From contig CAVXQJ010000016.1 in the NCBI GenBank assembly GCA_963763745.1, positions 385,029 through 449,028 on the forward strand: 64,000 bases of DNA. The letters are read 5' to 3'. Origin of the DNA: an uncultured delta proteobacterium (GTDB lineage Bacteria > Myxococcota_A > Polyangia > Polyangiales > Polyangiaceae). The notes below the pieces were generated by a model. The model saw only the letters and a list, made by a program, of their open reading frames with translations, was not told the origin of the DNA and made no database searches. The position numbers and the translations under genes were made by a program. The first letter of the stretch is position 1; the number at the start of each line of letters is the position of its first letter. This document shows, one piece after another, positions 18,612 to 28,225 of this stretch.

Positions 18612-19112
18612 GTGAAGCTCGAGCCGATCATCGAGATGCCATGCATGCTGACCGGACTGTGGAAGCGGTTCGCCGTTCACGTGTTCGAAGGCAAGGTCAC
18701 CGTCGCGGACATGGAAGATCTCGAGAAGCGCAGCGCCGTGTGGCACTCGAAGATCGCGGGCAAGATGGTCGAGATGGTCGTCATCCTTCCGAGCGACGCG
18801 AAGATGACGAGCGAAGAGCGCGCGAAGATGACGCAGATCATCCGCCGCTGGGAGCACACGCGACTCGCCTCGGCGACGGTGATCCTCGCGCAAGGCCTCG
18901 TCGGCGCGATGCACCGGAGCGTGCTCACGGGCATGCAGATGATCGTCCCCGCGCCGCACCCCGTGAAAGTCTTCGGCGCGACGAACGACGCGGTCGCGTG
19001 GCTCGCGCCTCACGTGCGCGAGCTGTGCGGCGCGGAGGCAGCGCCCGAAGCGTTGTCTGCAGCCGTGGACGATCTCATTGCGCGCTTCGGCGCGCGCCCC
19101 TCGAAGGCGTGA
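18612..19112 (+). CDS. hypothetical protein
   Basis: 167-aa ORF. GGAGGG Shine-Dalgarno 6 nt upstream of GTG 18612 (track start is GTG 18606). No recognised domain. Confidence 0.45.
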   Translation: MKLEPIIEMPCMLTGLWKRFAVHVFEGKVTVADMEDLEKRSAVWHSKIAGKMVEMVVILPSDAKMTSEERAKMTQIIRRWEHTRLASATVILAQGLVGAMHRSVLTGMQMIVPAPHPVKVFGATNDAVAWLAPHVRELCGAEAAPEALSAAVDDLIARFGARPSKA

Positions 19113-19122
19113 CGCATGTTCC

Positions 19123-19144
19123 GACGCGGCGAAATGCGTCGGCT
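19123..19144 (+). terminator. stem-loop just after the 18612..19112 stop
   Basis: ccgacgc-ggcgaaat-gcgtcgg is a 7-bp GC-rich stem with an 8-nt loop and no T-tract (common in high-GC genomes). Confidence 0.3.
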
Positions 19145-19265
19145 GTCATCGGCGCGAGTGCGGCACACGAACATACAACCGCTCACGAGAGTGCGTTCTT
19201 AGCGCGCTTTGCGCTTCACAACGGAGTCTGCACAGATAACCTGTTCTCATTAGAGGGAGGTTCGC

Positions 19266-21401
19266 ATGCGCTACCAACGATTGCTCGCGTGGGCATTTTT
19301 GGGGGGGGGGGCGTTCGTAGCTTGTAATCCGAGCGAAGCGCCGAGCAATCCAGACGGCACTGCGACGTTCGATATCGAGCTCGTCGATGATCAGCTTCAG
19401 ACGGTTGCGTTCGGCCACAACATTCTGTCGACCGAGCACGATCAGCTCTTCCTCGGTGGTCCAAACGGCGAGCTTGTGCTCACTCCCTTCATCGGTCTCG
19501 CTCCGGAGTTCTTCTTCAATCCGGTTGGCGTCACCGCACGATTCCGGTCACCTTTTGCAAATACGCAGGTGATCCCCGGTCTCGACATCAACAACTGCCC
19601 GACCACGCCCGGCGCGGATGGTTGCAGCTACGTGTCGGATGCGGAGCTCGAGCTCTTCACGCGAGATCCGAGCGAGCTTTACAACACGCTCCTGAACGAC
19701 TCGCCGACTGGCCTCGATTTTCTGACCGACATTTCGACTCCTCGGATGTTTCCGACCGGCGAGGCAACGACGCTCATCAACCCATCGCCATTCGCCTTGC
19801 CCGACGTCGTCGTGATGGATGTCACCGCGCCGCCCATCACGCAAGGCTTCTTCAAAGGCTTCCACGCATATCACAACCAGCCTTCGCTCGCCCCGGTCGT
19901 ATCGACGTCGTTTTGGTTACCGGACAACACCGCAGATCCAAACAACCTACTCGGCCCGGCGCCCGCGACGAACCTCTGGGGATCGCCGGCGAGCTTGCCG
20001 CTCGGCCTTGGGAGCATCAAGGGCGTGCGGTTGGTGCAACATGCTCCGTGCGAGTTCGAGACTCCATTGCAAGGTCAGCTCGACAACGTCAAAGAGCAAC
20101 TGGTGAACGTTCTCAATGGCTGCAATCAAACGGTCAGCAGCTCTGGCGGATCAGCCACGGTCAACAATCTCGCAATTCGGTCGTTCAATTCGATTCCCGC
20201 GATCACGCGTGTGCCGTCAGCAGCGGGTTTTGGCACATTTCAAACGCAGTACGGACTACTGGTCCACGGAGACATGGAGCTCAGCGCGGCGATCTCGATC
20301 TTTGGGGTGCCCGTCGCGACCGCCCCGTGCGAGGTCGATTTTCTTTACGAGTACCGCCCAACGATCGTGAATGGCCTCATTCAAGTAGTATCCGTTCCGC
20401 ACTATTTCAACCTTTCCGGAGGTGGGCAGGGCAGCGTCAACGACATCAGGAACGTCTGTCACTACATTGATGTCGCGTTGCGCGGAGATGCCAATGGCAA
20501 TGGGCTCGGCGGATTTCCACCCGTCCTGACGAATGTCGTCACTGGCACGATCACGAGCGCGCTGAGCGCGGCGCAGTTTCTCGACACGGCGACGCTCGCG
20601 GGGGCGATTGGCCTCCCGACGGCCGCTGTGAAGTGTCACGCAGCGGGTGTCGGCGGTGCTGGAAGTTGCAAGGCCGTTGCCACGGCGCTATCCGCGCCGA
20701 CTGGTCTGGTCGTCAACGGAGCAACAAAGATGGGGTTGACCCTGAGTCAGCAAGACCTTCAGCTGCTCACAGACACCCTCAACCTCGGTGCGGCGACTCC
20801 AGACGGTACCGGAAATTGGAGCTGCAACACCGGAAATGACGACTGCACACTCAAGCTGCCGGTCGATGCCATCATCGGTCAACCGGACGTAATTGGTGTG
20901 CAGCCGTTCGAGAGTTTTACGGAATTCGACAATCCGTCGTTACTGCTATTTTTCCTTCTTGTTAGTTTTGACTCACCCGTATTTCCCGTAAGCAGGGTGT
21001 GCAATCGGATCCCCGTCACGCTGCCGGCGCATGAGAACTCGTATGAGCGCCTCTATGCGACGTCGAACATTCGAAACCTCACGTGCGCGAGCCACGATCC
21101 AGCGCTGCTCATCACCCCTTGCTCCAAGAATAGTGATTGCAGTGGGCAAGCGAGTGTATGTGTCGGCGGTAATTGCGACGTCCCTTTCACGACTACGTGC
21201 GCATCGACCGCGGACTGTATGCCGTGGGAAGCGTGCATTCAGAACACCGGAAAACTGCGTTGCATGCCGATTGGCCCGTGTAATCCGGCGGATCCTTTTG
21301 CGCCAACCACGTGCCCGACCACCTTCGACGCCAATAACAAGCAAGTCCAGACTTATTGCTTCAACATCGTCAACGTTGGTGCGCAATGCCGGCGACCGTG
21401 A
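19266..21401 (+). CDS. large secreted lipoprotein (711 aa; lipobox FVAC) with a Cys-rich C-terminal region
   Basis: Strong SD (GAGGGAGG) 8 nt upstream of the ATG. The signal-peptide codons run through a T5G11 homopolymer. Confidence 0.6.
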   Translation: MRYQRLLAWAFLGGGAFVACNPSEAPSNPDGTATFDIELVDDQLQTVAFGHNILSTEHDQLFLGGPNGELVLTPFIGLAPEFFFNPVGVTARFRSPFANTQVIPGLDINNCPTTPGADGCSYVSDAELELFTRDPSELYNTLLNDSPTGLDFLTDISTPRMFPTGEATTLINPSPFALPDVVVMDVTAPPITQGFFKGFHAYHNQPSLAPVVSTSFWLPDNTADPNNLLGPAPATNLWGSPASLPLGLGSIKGVRLVQHAPCEFETPLQGQLDNVKEQLVNVLNGCNQTVSSSGGSATVNNLAIRSFNSIPAITRVPSAAGFGTFQTQYGLLVHGDMELSAAISIFGVPVATAPCEVDFLYEYRPTIVNGLIQVVSVPHYFNLSGGGQGSVNDIRNVCHYIDVALRGDANGNGLGGFPPVLTNVVTGTITSALSAAQFLDTATLAGAIGLPTAAVKCHAAGVGGAGSCKAVATALSAPTGLVVNGATKMGLTLSQQDLQLLTDTLNLGAATPDGTGNWSCNTGNDDCTLKLPVDAIIGQPDVIGVQPFESFTEFDNPSLLLFFLLVSFDSPVFPVSRVCNRIPVTLPAHENSYERLYATSNIRNLTCASHDPALLITPCSKNSDCSGQASVCVGGNCDVPFTTTCASTADCMPWEACIQNTGKLRCMPIGPCNPADPFAPTTCPTTFDANNKQVQTYCFNIVNVGAQCRRP
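19296..19311 (+). repeat. T5G11 homopolymeric tract inside the signal-peptide coding region of 19266..21401
   Basis: tttttggggggggggg encodes F-L-G-G-G-A. Tracts of 9 or more G/C are classic slipped-strand phase-variation substrates. Confidence 0.6.
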
Positions 21402-22153
21402 CACGCGTGCTCGTGGTATGTCTCGCTGTGGGGTGCGGCGGAACCCTAACCAGCGGGGACAGCGACTCGGGCGACGGCGCCGCTTCGCAGGATGGTTTGT
21501 CGAACGGCGATAGCGGCGATGGCGGGTGGACAGTTTGCACCTCGCCTTCAGGACAACAAATTTGCGATGGCCCGCACGCGTGCTCTCCCGCGGGCTGTGA
21601 GTGCCCCAAACTCGGCAAGGAGTCGCCGTCCGCAGTTCACGTTTGCATAAATAGCACCGGCTATTTGAACTCCACACTCTGCCCTTACGTCGATGACGGA
21701 TTCATCTGCGTAGCTCCCTACGACACGTCCCCTGATTTCTTTGGGGGCGCCGAGTACGATATGGGAGTCCTCTTCGCCGAAAACGGCGCCGTCGATCGTG
21801 CTCGCTACGCCGACTATGGCCTTTGGACCGGAGACCCACTACCAAACCCAGGGAGCTGCCCAACGCTGACGAGCGTTCAAATCTGCGGTGGCAACTGCGG
21901 CGGCTGCAATGGGAACTTCGTGTGCCACGGTCGCTCGCCGCTGCATCCTTATGGGTTTTGCTTGCCAAACAGCGGCAACGACGCGTGCAACATCGCAAAG
22001 AACGTCCCGTGCAGCGGAGCAGGAAATAAGTGCTTTGCGTACACCGTTCAGCCGAGCGCTCAAGACTTGGCGAACGCCAATTCGATATGTTTGCCTGTCG
22101 ACATGTGCCAGGACCTTGCCGCAAATCTTCCTGGCGGTGCCGTCTGCCAATGA
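21386..22153 (+). CDS. cysteine-rich lipoprotein (lipobox LAVGCGG)
   Basis: MPATVTRVLVVCLAVGCGG; about 28 Cys; paralog of the next gene. Confidence 0.6.
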   Translation: MPATVTRVLVVCLAVGCGGTLTSGDSDSGDGAASQDGLSNGDSGDGGWTVCTSPSGQQICDGPHACSPAGCECPKLGKESPSAVHVCINSTGYLNSTLCPYVDDGFICVAPYDTSPDFFGGAEYDMGVLFAENGAVDRARYADYGLWTGDPLPNPGSCPTLTSVQICGGNCGGCNGNFVCHGRSPLHPYGFCLPNSGNDACNIAKNVPCSGAGNKCFAYTVQPSAQDLANANSICLPVDMCQDLAANLPGGAVCQ

Positions 22154-23012
22154 GCCGCGCAGCCATCGTGCTCGTGGGGCTGCTGGTTGCTTGTGGGGGC
22201 CGCAGCGAGCTTTTGGGATATGACACGTCCCCAACCGGCGCGACCGATGGTGGTTTCGACTCGACGAGTGACGGCGCGCCGCTCGATCTCTGCGATCCAG
22301 ATGGCATCCGCGTTTGTGGGGATGGTTGTCCCGAGCTCATCACACCCGACTCGAGCACCGTCGACGTCGACGCGAGCGATGTCTGTCCAGGTTATGGCTG
22401 CGTGCGCGCGGAGGACATCCGTGACTTCACGCCGCAAACAGCGGGCGTGTGTTGGGCCGACGCACAGTCGATCGCGAAATTCGCGTGCGGCACATGCAAC
22501 GACGGCGAGGTGTGCGTCCAGCGCTCTGCCAACGATCTTGTGTGCGTTCCCGAAGACGTATGCCGCGCGCTCTGGACGCTTGGGGTGACGGACGTTTGTC
22601 GATACGCCGACTTTCGTCCTTACGACGGCCGAGCGGTTCCAACGCCGACGACCTGTCCACTCGTTGCGGGTTCGACGGGGCCGCAGCGTGTGTGTGCAGG
22701 CGCGTGTCCCGCCTGTCCCCAAGGCGAACGGTGCGTGGGCCGTTCGCCAGATCATCCCTTCGGGCTATGTCGTGACGATTTCGTCAGCGGGAGCGATCCG
22801 CAGCCGAGCGATTTCAAACGTGCAAAGTGTGTCTCGCGAGCACTCCGGCAGGAACGTATGCGTGTGCGGTGTTCGACACTGCAGCAGCAGATGTCTCGCT
22901 CGCACGTGCAGGTGGGTTGTGTATGCCTCGCAAAGATTGTTTGCAGATCGGTGCCATCTTGCCCGGTGGGCTGTCTTGCTACGACGCCTCGGGAAATCGA
23001 ATCGGCCCGTGA
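22150..23012 (+). CDS. cysteine-rich lipoprotein paralog (lipobox LLVACGG) with a 1-nt frameshift near 22820
   Basis: MSRAAIVLVGLLVACGG... aligns to the 21386 paralog up to ...GSDPQPSDFKRAK. The conserved C-terminus (CLASTPAGTYACAVFD...LPGGLSCY) continues in frame 0 as track ORF 22827..23012. ATGA overlap with the upstream gene. Confidence 0.5.
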
Positions 23013-23018
23013 GGTACA

Positions 23019-23679
23019 TCAGTGCTTCACGAGCGACGTGATGTGCTTTTCGAAGTGCGGGAACTCTTTCTTCGCAGCTGCGATCGCTTGCTTCGCGCTC
23101 TTCTTTGCCTTGGGCGCGTGCTTCGTCGCGAACGCGGTGAACGCGTCGTGCGGTTTGCTCGTCTCGCCGCCGTACGAGATCGCTTCGAGCGGACCTGCGC
23201 CATCGGCGAGCACCCAGAGATAATCGGCGAAGTCCTTCGCGACGACGCCGAGCTCGCCCTCCGATCCAAAAAAGACGATGGGCTGCTCGAGCAGTTCGCC
23301 ATCCTTCGTGATCCAGAACGCTGCGTAGCCGCCGGTGCCGTCTTGTCCGAACACGCGATACTCGTGCCCGGTCAGCTCTTGGTTGCCGGTCCACGCGCGA
23401 ATCCACGACGTGTTCTCGTCGGGCGCCATGAACTCTTCGTAGGGCTCGAAGTTCATCCCGTTGCCGTCGTCGTAGTCGAACGAGTGCGTGTGGAGCTCCG
23501 CGAGCACCGAAGGAAACGCGCGCGCGAACCCTTTCGGCGCCGCAGCTTTGACGGCCGCCTTCTTTGCAGGTTTGGCGACCTTCTTCTTTTTCTTCGGCGC
23601 CGCGTGCTTCGTCGTCGTCGTCTTCTTCTTCGCGGTGATCTTCTTCTTCTTCGTTCTTCTTCTTCGTCTTCTTCTTCAT
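23019..23679 (-). CDS. SUKH-1 (SMI1/KNR4) family protein, possibly with a K/A/P-rich N-terminal tail
   Basis: Core ORF 23019..23507: ...HEYRVFGQDGTGGYAAFWITKDGELLEQPIVFFGSEGELGVVAKDFADYLWVL (SMI1/KNR4 signature). Upstream in the same frame: TKKKKITAKKKTTTTKHAAPKKKKKVAKPAKKAAVKAAAPKG with no canonical start. An ATG at 23679 lies one frame off, so a 1-nt indel is implied. Confidence 0.5.
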
Positions 23680-23688
23680 GTGCTCGGT

Positions 23689-24306
23689 TTAGAGCGTGAG
23701 CACACCCGCGCGCAAGAACGCGAAGAGCGAATCGACGATGTCATCCTCCGAGTCGTCCCACCCGCGCACGACGACTTGGTTCATCACTTCCTTCAGCGCG
23801 CCGATGATGAAGATCGCCTGAAGACGCGCTTCGCCTTGGACGACGATGCCGAGCTCCTGCCCATCGACGAGGCTCTCCTCGAGGAGCGATCGGACTTGCT
23901 CGAAGAACGAATGAATCTTCCGATCGAACGCGGGGTCCACGCCGTGCGCGTCGGAGAGGAGCATCTTGGTCGTGAGCTTGTCCTCGAGGAGAAGATGAAC
24001 GATGCGCCGGATGTTCGAGCGCACTTGATCGGTCACGTCGCTCGCCACGTCGACGCGCTGAATCGCCATGCCGAAGCGCACGAGGAGCCGGTCGACGATC
24101 TCCTCGAAGATGGCGCGCTTGTCCTCGAAGTAGAGATAGAAGGTGCCGCGCGCGACGCCCGCCGCGTTGACGATGTCCTCGATTTTCGCGGCGTGATAGC
24201 CGTGCTTCGCGAAGACGTCGCGCGCCGCTTGGAGGATTTCCTGCCGCCGAGTGGCTTTGGCGCTCTCGAGGGTCTGCTGACGCTTGCGTTCGGCGGGCTG
24301 GGTCAC
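23689..24306 (-). CDS. TetR-family transcriptional regulator
   Basis: HTH ...RRQEILQAARDVFAKHGYHAAKIEDIVNAAGVARGTFYLYFEDKRAIF. GTG start at 24306 proposed; track ORF runs to the ATG at 24438 through a repeat-derived low-complexity peptide. Confidence 0.75.
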   Translation of the reverse strand: MTQPAERKRQQTLESAKATRRQEILQAARDVFAKHGYHAAKIEDIVNAAGVARGTFYLYFEDKRAIFEEIVDRLLVRFGMAIQRVDVASDVTDQVRSNIRRIVHLLLEDKLTTKMLLSDAHGVDPAFDRKIHSFFEQVRSLLEESLVDGQELGIVVQGEARLQAIFIIGALKEVMNQVVVRGWDDSEDDIVDSLFAFLRAGVLTL

Positions 24307-24310
24307 GAGG

Positions 24311-24431
24311 GCTTTGGGGGTTGGGCTTTGGGCTTTGGGGAAGAAGAAGACGAGAGGAGTGTAGCTGAACCCGCGAAAGATCCCGTCTTCTCTCCTGCCA
24401 AAGCCCGAAGCCCAAAGCCCAAACCCCACTT
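24311..24431. repeat. large inverted repeat built from tandem heptamers (GGGCTTT x4 ... 57-nt spacer ... CCAAAGC x4) in the divergent TetR/activase promoter region
   Basis: Left arm 24311-24340 gctttgggggttgggctttgggctttgggg; right arm 24398-24430 ccaaagcccgaagcccaaagcccaaaccccac (reverse complement of the left arm). Confidence 0.6.
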
Positions 24432-24509
24432 TACCCATTGCTCATCCGTGCAGCCACACGTAGCCTCCTCTCGACTGACACGTCAGTCAGTCGTCAGGGA
24501 GGTCTCGGA

Positions 24510-27500
24510 ATGGCTCAAGATCGGCCGCTCGCCATCGGAATGGACGTCGGGTCCACCACCGTCAAAGCCGTCGTCGTCGACCCCGAGACGAAGAAAATAT
24601 TGTGGAGCGACTACCAGCGCCACCACACGAAACAGCCCGAAAAAGTGGTCGAGCTGCTCGAAGCGATCTTCGCGGCGCTCCCGGACGTGCCCGTCGAGCG
24701 CTTCCGCATGTTCATGACCGGCTCCGGCGCGGCTCCGCTTTGCGAGCCGACGGGCGGGAAGTTCGTTCAAGAAGTGAACGCGGTGACGCTCGCCGTCGAG
24801 AACATGCACCCCGACGTCGGCTCCGTGATCGAGCTCGGCGGACAAGACGCGAAGATCATCATCTTCAAGTCGTCCGGCAAAAAGAAGCTCACGGTCATCC
24901 GCCACGACGGCGAGGTGCAGCACGACGACGAACAAGAAGACGACGGTGGCAAGACCGCCATCGCGTCGATGAACGACAAGTGCGCTTCCGGAACGGGCGC
25001 CACGATCGACAAGTGCTTCGTCAAAGTGAACGCGCCGCCCGAGATGGTGCTCTCGCTCGATTTCGATCCGACGAAGCTCCACCACGTCGCCGCGAAATGC
25101 GGCGTGTTCGCCGAGACCGACATCGTCAACTTGATCAAGAGCGGCATCCCCGCGCAAGAAGTCCTCTGCTCGCTCGCTGACGCCATCGTCATGCAGAACC
25201 TCAGCGTGCTCACGCGCGGCAACACGCTGAAGCACAAGGTGCTCCTGCTCGGCGGGCCGAACACGTACCTGAAATTCCTCCAGCAGTGCTGGCGCCTTCG
25301 CATTCCGCAAACGTGGCAAGAGCGCGGCCACGATTATCCGAAGGACATCCCGATCGAGGAGCTCATCTTCGTTCCGGAGAACAGCCACCTCTACGCCGCG
25401 TACGGCGCCGTCATGTACGGCCTCCACGAAGACGCGAGCGTCGGTTGGGTGAAATCGCTCGACGGCCTCAAGGACTACATCACGAACGGCCGTAAAGCTC
25501 GCCTCGGCGAGACGGCAGGTCCCCCGCTGTCCCGCACCGAAAAAGAGCTCCAAGATTTCCGCGAGCTCTACGCGATTCCCAAGTTCGAATCCGCGACGTT
25601 CGAAAAGGGCGAGGTCGTCCGCGGCGTGATCGGTTTGGACGGCGGGTCCACTTCGTCCAAAGCGGTTTTGGTCGATTACGAATCAGGAAAAATCCTCGCG
25701 AAGGGTTATCAGCTCTCGAAGGGCAATCCGATTCAAGACTCGAAGGAGCTCTTGGCGCAGCTCGAGAAGTTCGTGCACGACCAAGGCGCGACGCTCGAGG
25801 TCAAAGGCTTCGGCGCAACGGGCTACGCCGCCGACGTGCTCGAAGAGTGCGTGAAGAGCGACGTGAACATCGTCGAGACGGTCGCGCACATGATGAGCGC
25901 GGTGCACTTCTTCGGCGACGTCGACGTCATCTGCGACATCGGCGGACAAGACATCAAAGTCCTCTTCATGAAGAACGGGGACATCCAGAATTTCCGATTG
26001 TCGAACTCGTGCTCCGCGGGCAACGGCACACTCCTTCAAGCGACGGCCGATCAATTCGGCGTCAAAGTGCACGATTTCGCCGAGGTCGCGTTCAAAGCGG
26101 AGCTCGCGCCGAAGTTCTCTTACGGATGCGCCGTCTTCCTCGACACCGACCGCGTGAATTTCCAAAAAGAGGGATTCAGCAAAGAGGAGATGCTCGCGGG
26201 CCTCGCGCAAGTTCTCCCGAAGAACGTCTGGCAATACGTCGTTCAGATCCCGCGCATGGCGTCGCTCGGGCGCAAATTCGTTTTGCAGGGCGGCACGCAA
26301 TACAACCTCGCGGCCGTCAAAGCCCAAGTCGATTACATCAAAGAGCGCGTGCCCAACGCCGAAGTGTTCGTTCACCCGCACACCGGCGAAGCGGGCGCGA
26401 TCGGCGCGGCGATGGAAACGCTCCGCGTCGTCAAACGCAAAGGCCAGAGCTCGTTCATCGGCATTCGCGCCGCGATCGATCTCGAATACACGACGAAGAA
26501 CGACGACGAGACGGTCTGCCACTTCTGTCCGAACGAGTGCAAGCGCACGTTCATCGACACGCGCCGCCCCGACGGCTCCACCTCGCGCTACATCGCGGGG
26601 TTCTCGTGCGAGAAGGGCACCGTCGAATCCAAAGAAGCGATGCTCTCGCTCGTCGCCGAGCGGAAGAAGATCGCGCAGCAATATCCGAACATGGTCTCGT
26701 ACGAGGCCCTCAAGGCATTCTCGCACTTCTACAAATTCATCCCGATGCCCGAAGACGGCGCGCCCATCGACGACGTCGAGGTGCGCAAAGGAATCTTCGG
26801 CGTACGCCGCGTGCCGATCAAGCGCCCGTTCAAGCGCTCGTCCAAAGAAGCGTGGGAGAAGCGCCGCAGCATTCGCATCGGCATCCCGCGCGTCTTGAAT
26901 TTGTATTCGACGGGTCCGTTCTTCCGCACGTACTTCGAAGCGCTCGGCATGCAGAAGCAGAACGTCGTCTTCTCGGACGAGACGACGGAAGAATTGTGGC
27001 TCGCCGGCGGCAAATACGGATCGATCGACCCGTGCTTCCCGAGCAAGGTCGCGCAAGCGCACGTTCACAACTTGCTCTTCGCGCAACACACCGAGAAGAA
27101 GCCGCTCAAGTACATCTTCTTCCCGATCCTCACGCACGTTCCGAACTTCGTCGCCGACACGATGGACAACACCGCGTGTCCGATCGTCGCGGGCGCACCG
27201 GACGTGATGAAGGCCGCGTTCACCAAAGAGGTCGACTTCTTCGCGTCGCGCGGCATCGAATATCTCGATCCCGCGATCTCCTTCTCGGAGCTCTCGCTCA
27301 CGGCGCGTCGCCTCTTCGACACGTTCAAGGCTCGATTGGGCATCACCGAGGACGAAAACGATCACGCCGTCGCTGAAGCGATCAAAGCGCTCGATTTCTT
27401 CGACAAGGACGTCCAAGAAAAAGGTCGCGCGATCCTCGAGACCGTCGAAGCGGAAGACCGCGTCGCGATTCTCATGATCGGCCGCCCGTATCACTCGGAC

Positions 27501-28220
27501 CCTGGGTTGAACCATGGCATCCCCGAGGAGTTCCAAGTCCTCGGTTATCCCATCTTGAGCATTCGCTCGATCCCGAAGGATCGCGAATACCTCGATCGCT
27601 ATTACAAAGAGGAGCTCGACGCAGGCACCATCAAGACGCCACTCGAGCTCAATCACGTTTGGCCGGAGAACTATTCTGCGAACAGCGCGCAGAAGGTTTG
27701 GGCCGTCGGGTTCGCGGCGCACCATCCGAACGTCGTCTTGCTCGACCTCTCGAGCTTCAAGTGCGGTCACGACGCGCCGACATATGGCCTCGTCGATTCG
27801 ATCGTGTCGGCGAGCAAAACGCCTTACGCCGCTCTCCACGACATCGACGCGAACAAACCGAGCGGCTCGATCAAGATCCGCGTGAGGACATACGTCCACG
27901 CGCTGAAGCTCCACGAAGAGCGTTTGTCGGATCACTCGAAGCGAAAGCGCGATCTCGAGCACGCGATCGACAAGAAGCGACTCGAGCTCCTCGAAATGCG
28001 CAAAGACCAGCTCGCCGCGCGGCGCGTCCAAGACGCGGCGATCGTCGCGCAAATCGAAGCGCTGCGCGTGAAGGTCGCGGCGTACGAAGCGCCGCCCGCT
28101 CCGCCGCCGGAGCCACCGAAGGGACTCATGCAACTAGGCAAGAAGAGCAAGGACGGCACGATCGTACGCGTGGCCGCTCCGCAAAATGACGTGATGGAAT
28201 TCGCACAGGAAGGCGAGTGA
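24510..28220 (+). CDS. acyl-CoA dehydratase activase-related protein: two BadF/BadG/BcrA/BcrD (HgdC-like) ATPase domains fused to a DUF2229 domain, plus a C-terminal coiled coil
   Basis: MDVGSTTVKAVVVD... and GLDGGSTSSKAVLVD... ASKHA activase cores; middle/C region of DUF2229 type; GGGAGG SD 8 nt upstream of ATG 24510. Confidence 0.85.
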   Translation: MAQDRPLAIGMDVGSTTVKAVVVDPETKKILWSDYQRHHTKQPEKVVELLEAIFAALPDVPVERFRMFMTGSGAAPLCEPTGGKFVQEVNAVTLAVENMHPDVGSVIELGGQDAKIIIFKSSGKKKLTVIRHDGEVQHDDEQEDDGGKTAIASMNDKCASGTGATIDKCFVKVNAPPEMVLSLDFDPTKLHHVAAKCGVFAETDIVNLIKSGIPAQEVLCSLADAIVMQNLSVLTRGNTLKHKVLLLGGPNTYLKFLQQCWRLRIPQTWQERGHDYPKDIPIEELIFVPENSHLYAAYGAVMYGLHEDASVGWVKSLDGLKDYITNGRKARLGETAGPPLSRTEKELQDFRELYAIPKFESATFEKGEVVRGVIGLDGGSTSSKAVLVDYESGKILAKGYQLSKGNPIQDSKELLAQLEKFVHDQGATLEVKGFGATGYAADVLEECVKSDVNIVETVAHMMSAVHFFGDVDVICDIGGQDIKVLFMKNGDIQNFRLSNSCSAGNGTLLQATADQFGVKVHDFAEVAFKAELAPKFSYGCAVFLDTDRVNFQKEGFSKEEMLAGLAQVLPKNVWQYVVQIPRMASLGRKFVLQGGTQYNLAAVKAQVDYIKERVPNAEVFVHPHTGEAGAIGAAMETLRVVKRKGQSSFIGIRAAIDLEYTTKNDDETVCHFCPNECKRTFIDTRRPDGSTSRYIAGFSCEKGTVESKEAMLSLVAERKKIAQQYPNMVSYEALKAFSHFYKFIPMPEDGAPIDDVEVRKGIFGVRRVPIKRPFKRSSKEAWEKRRSIRIGIPRVLNLYSTGPFFRTYFEALGMQKQNVVFSDETTEELWLAGGKYGSIDPCFPSKVAQAHVHNLLFAQHTEKKPLKYIFFPILTHVPNFVADTMDNTACPIVAGAPDVMKAAFTKEVDFFASRGIEYLDPAISFSELSLTARRLFDTFKARLGITEDENDHAVAEAIKALDFFDKDVQEKGRAILETVEAEDRVAILMIGRPYHSDPGLNHGIPEEFQVLGYPILSIRSIPKDREYLDRYYKEELDAGTIKTPLELNHVWPENYSANSAQKVWAVGFAAHHPNVVLLDLSSFKCGHDAPTYGLVDSIVSASKTPYAALHDIDANKPSGSIKIRVRTYVHALKLHEERLSDHSKRKRDLEHAIDKKRLELLEMRKDQLAARRVQDAAIVAQIEALRVKVAAYEAPPAPPPEPPKGLMQLGKKSKDGTIVRVAAPQNDVMEFAQEGE

Positions 28221-28225
28221 ACGCG

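Noticed and set aside
23507-23679. Acidic peptide MKKKTKKKNEEEEDHREEEDDDDEARGAEEKEEG... from the ATG at 23679 as the true N-terminus of the SUKH protein
   Set aside because: That frame degenerates into Arg-rich antisense-type sequence and never joins the SUKH domain. The in-frame K/A/P-rich reading is more protein-like. Which is real depends on a 1-nt indel that cannot be resolved from sequence alone.
24307-24438. N-terminal 45 residues (MGKVGFGLWASGFGRREDGIFRGFSYTPLVFFFPKAQSPTPKALVTQ) of the TetR track ORF as genuine coding sequence
   Set aside because: The peptide is simply the translation of the heptamer inverted repeat (GFG/LWA from GGGCTTT arrays, FFFPKAQSP from the opposite arm). A GTG at 24306 gives a normal-length TetR. 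The ATG at 24438 is kept only as an alternative.
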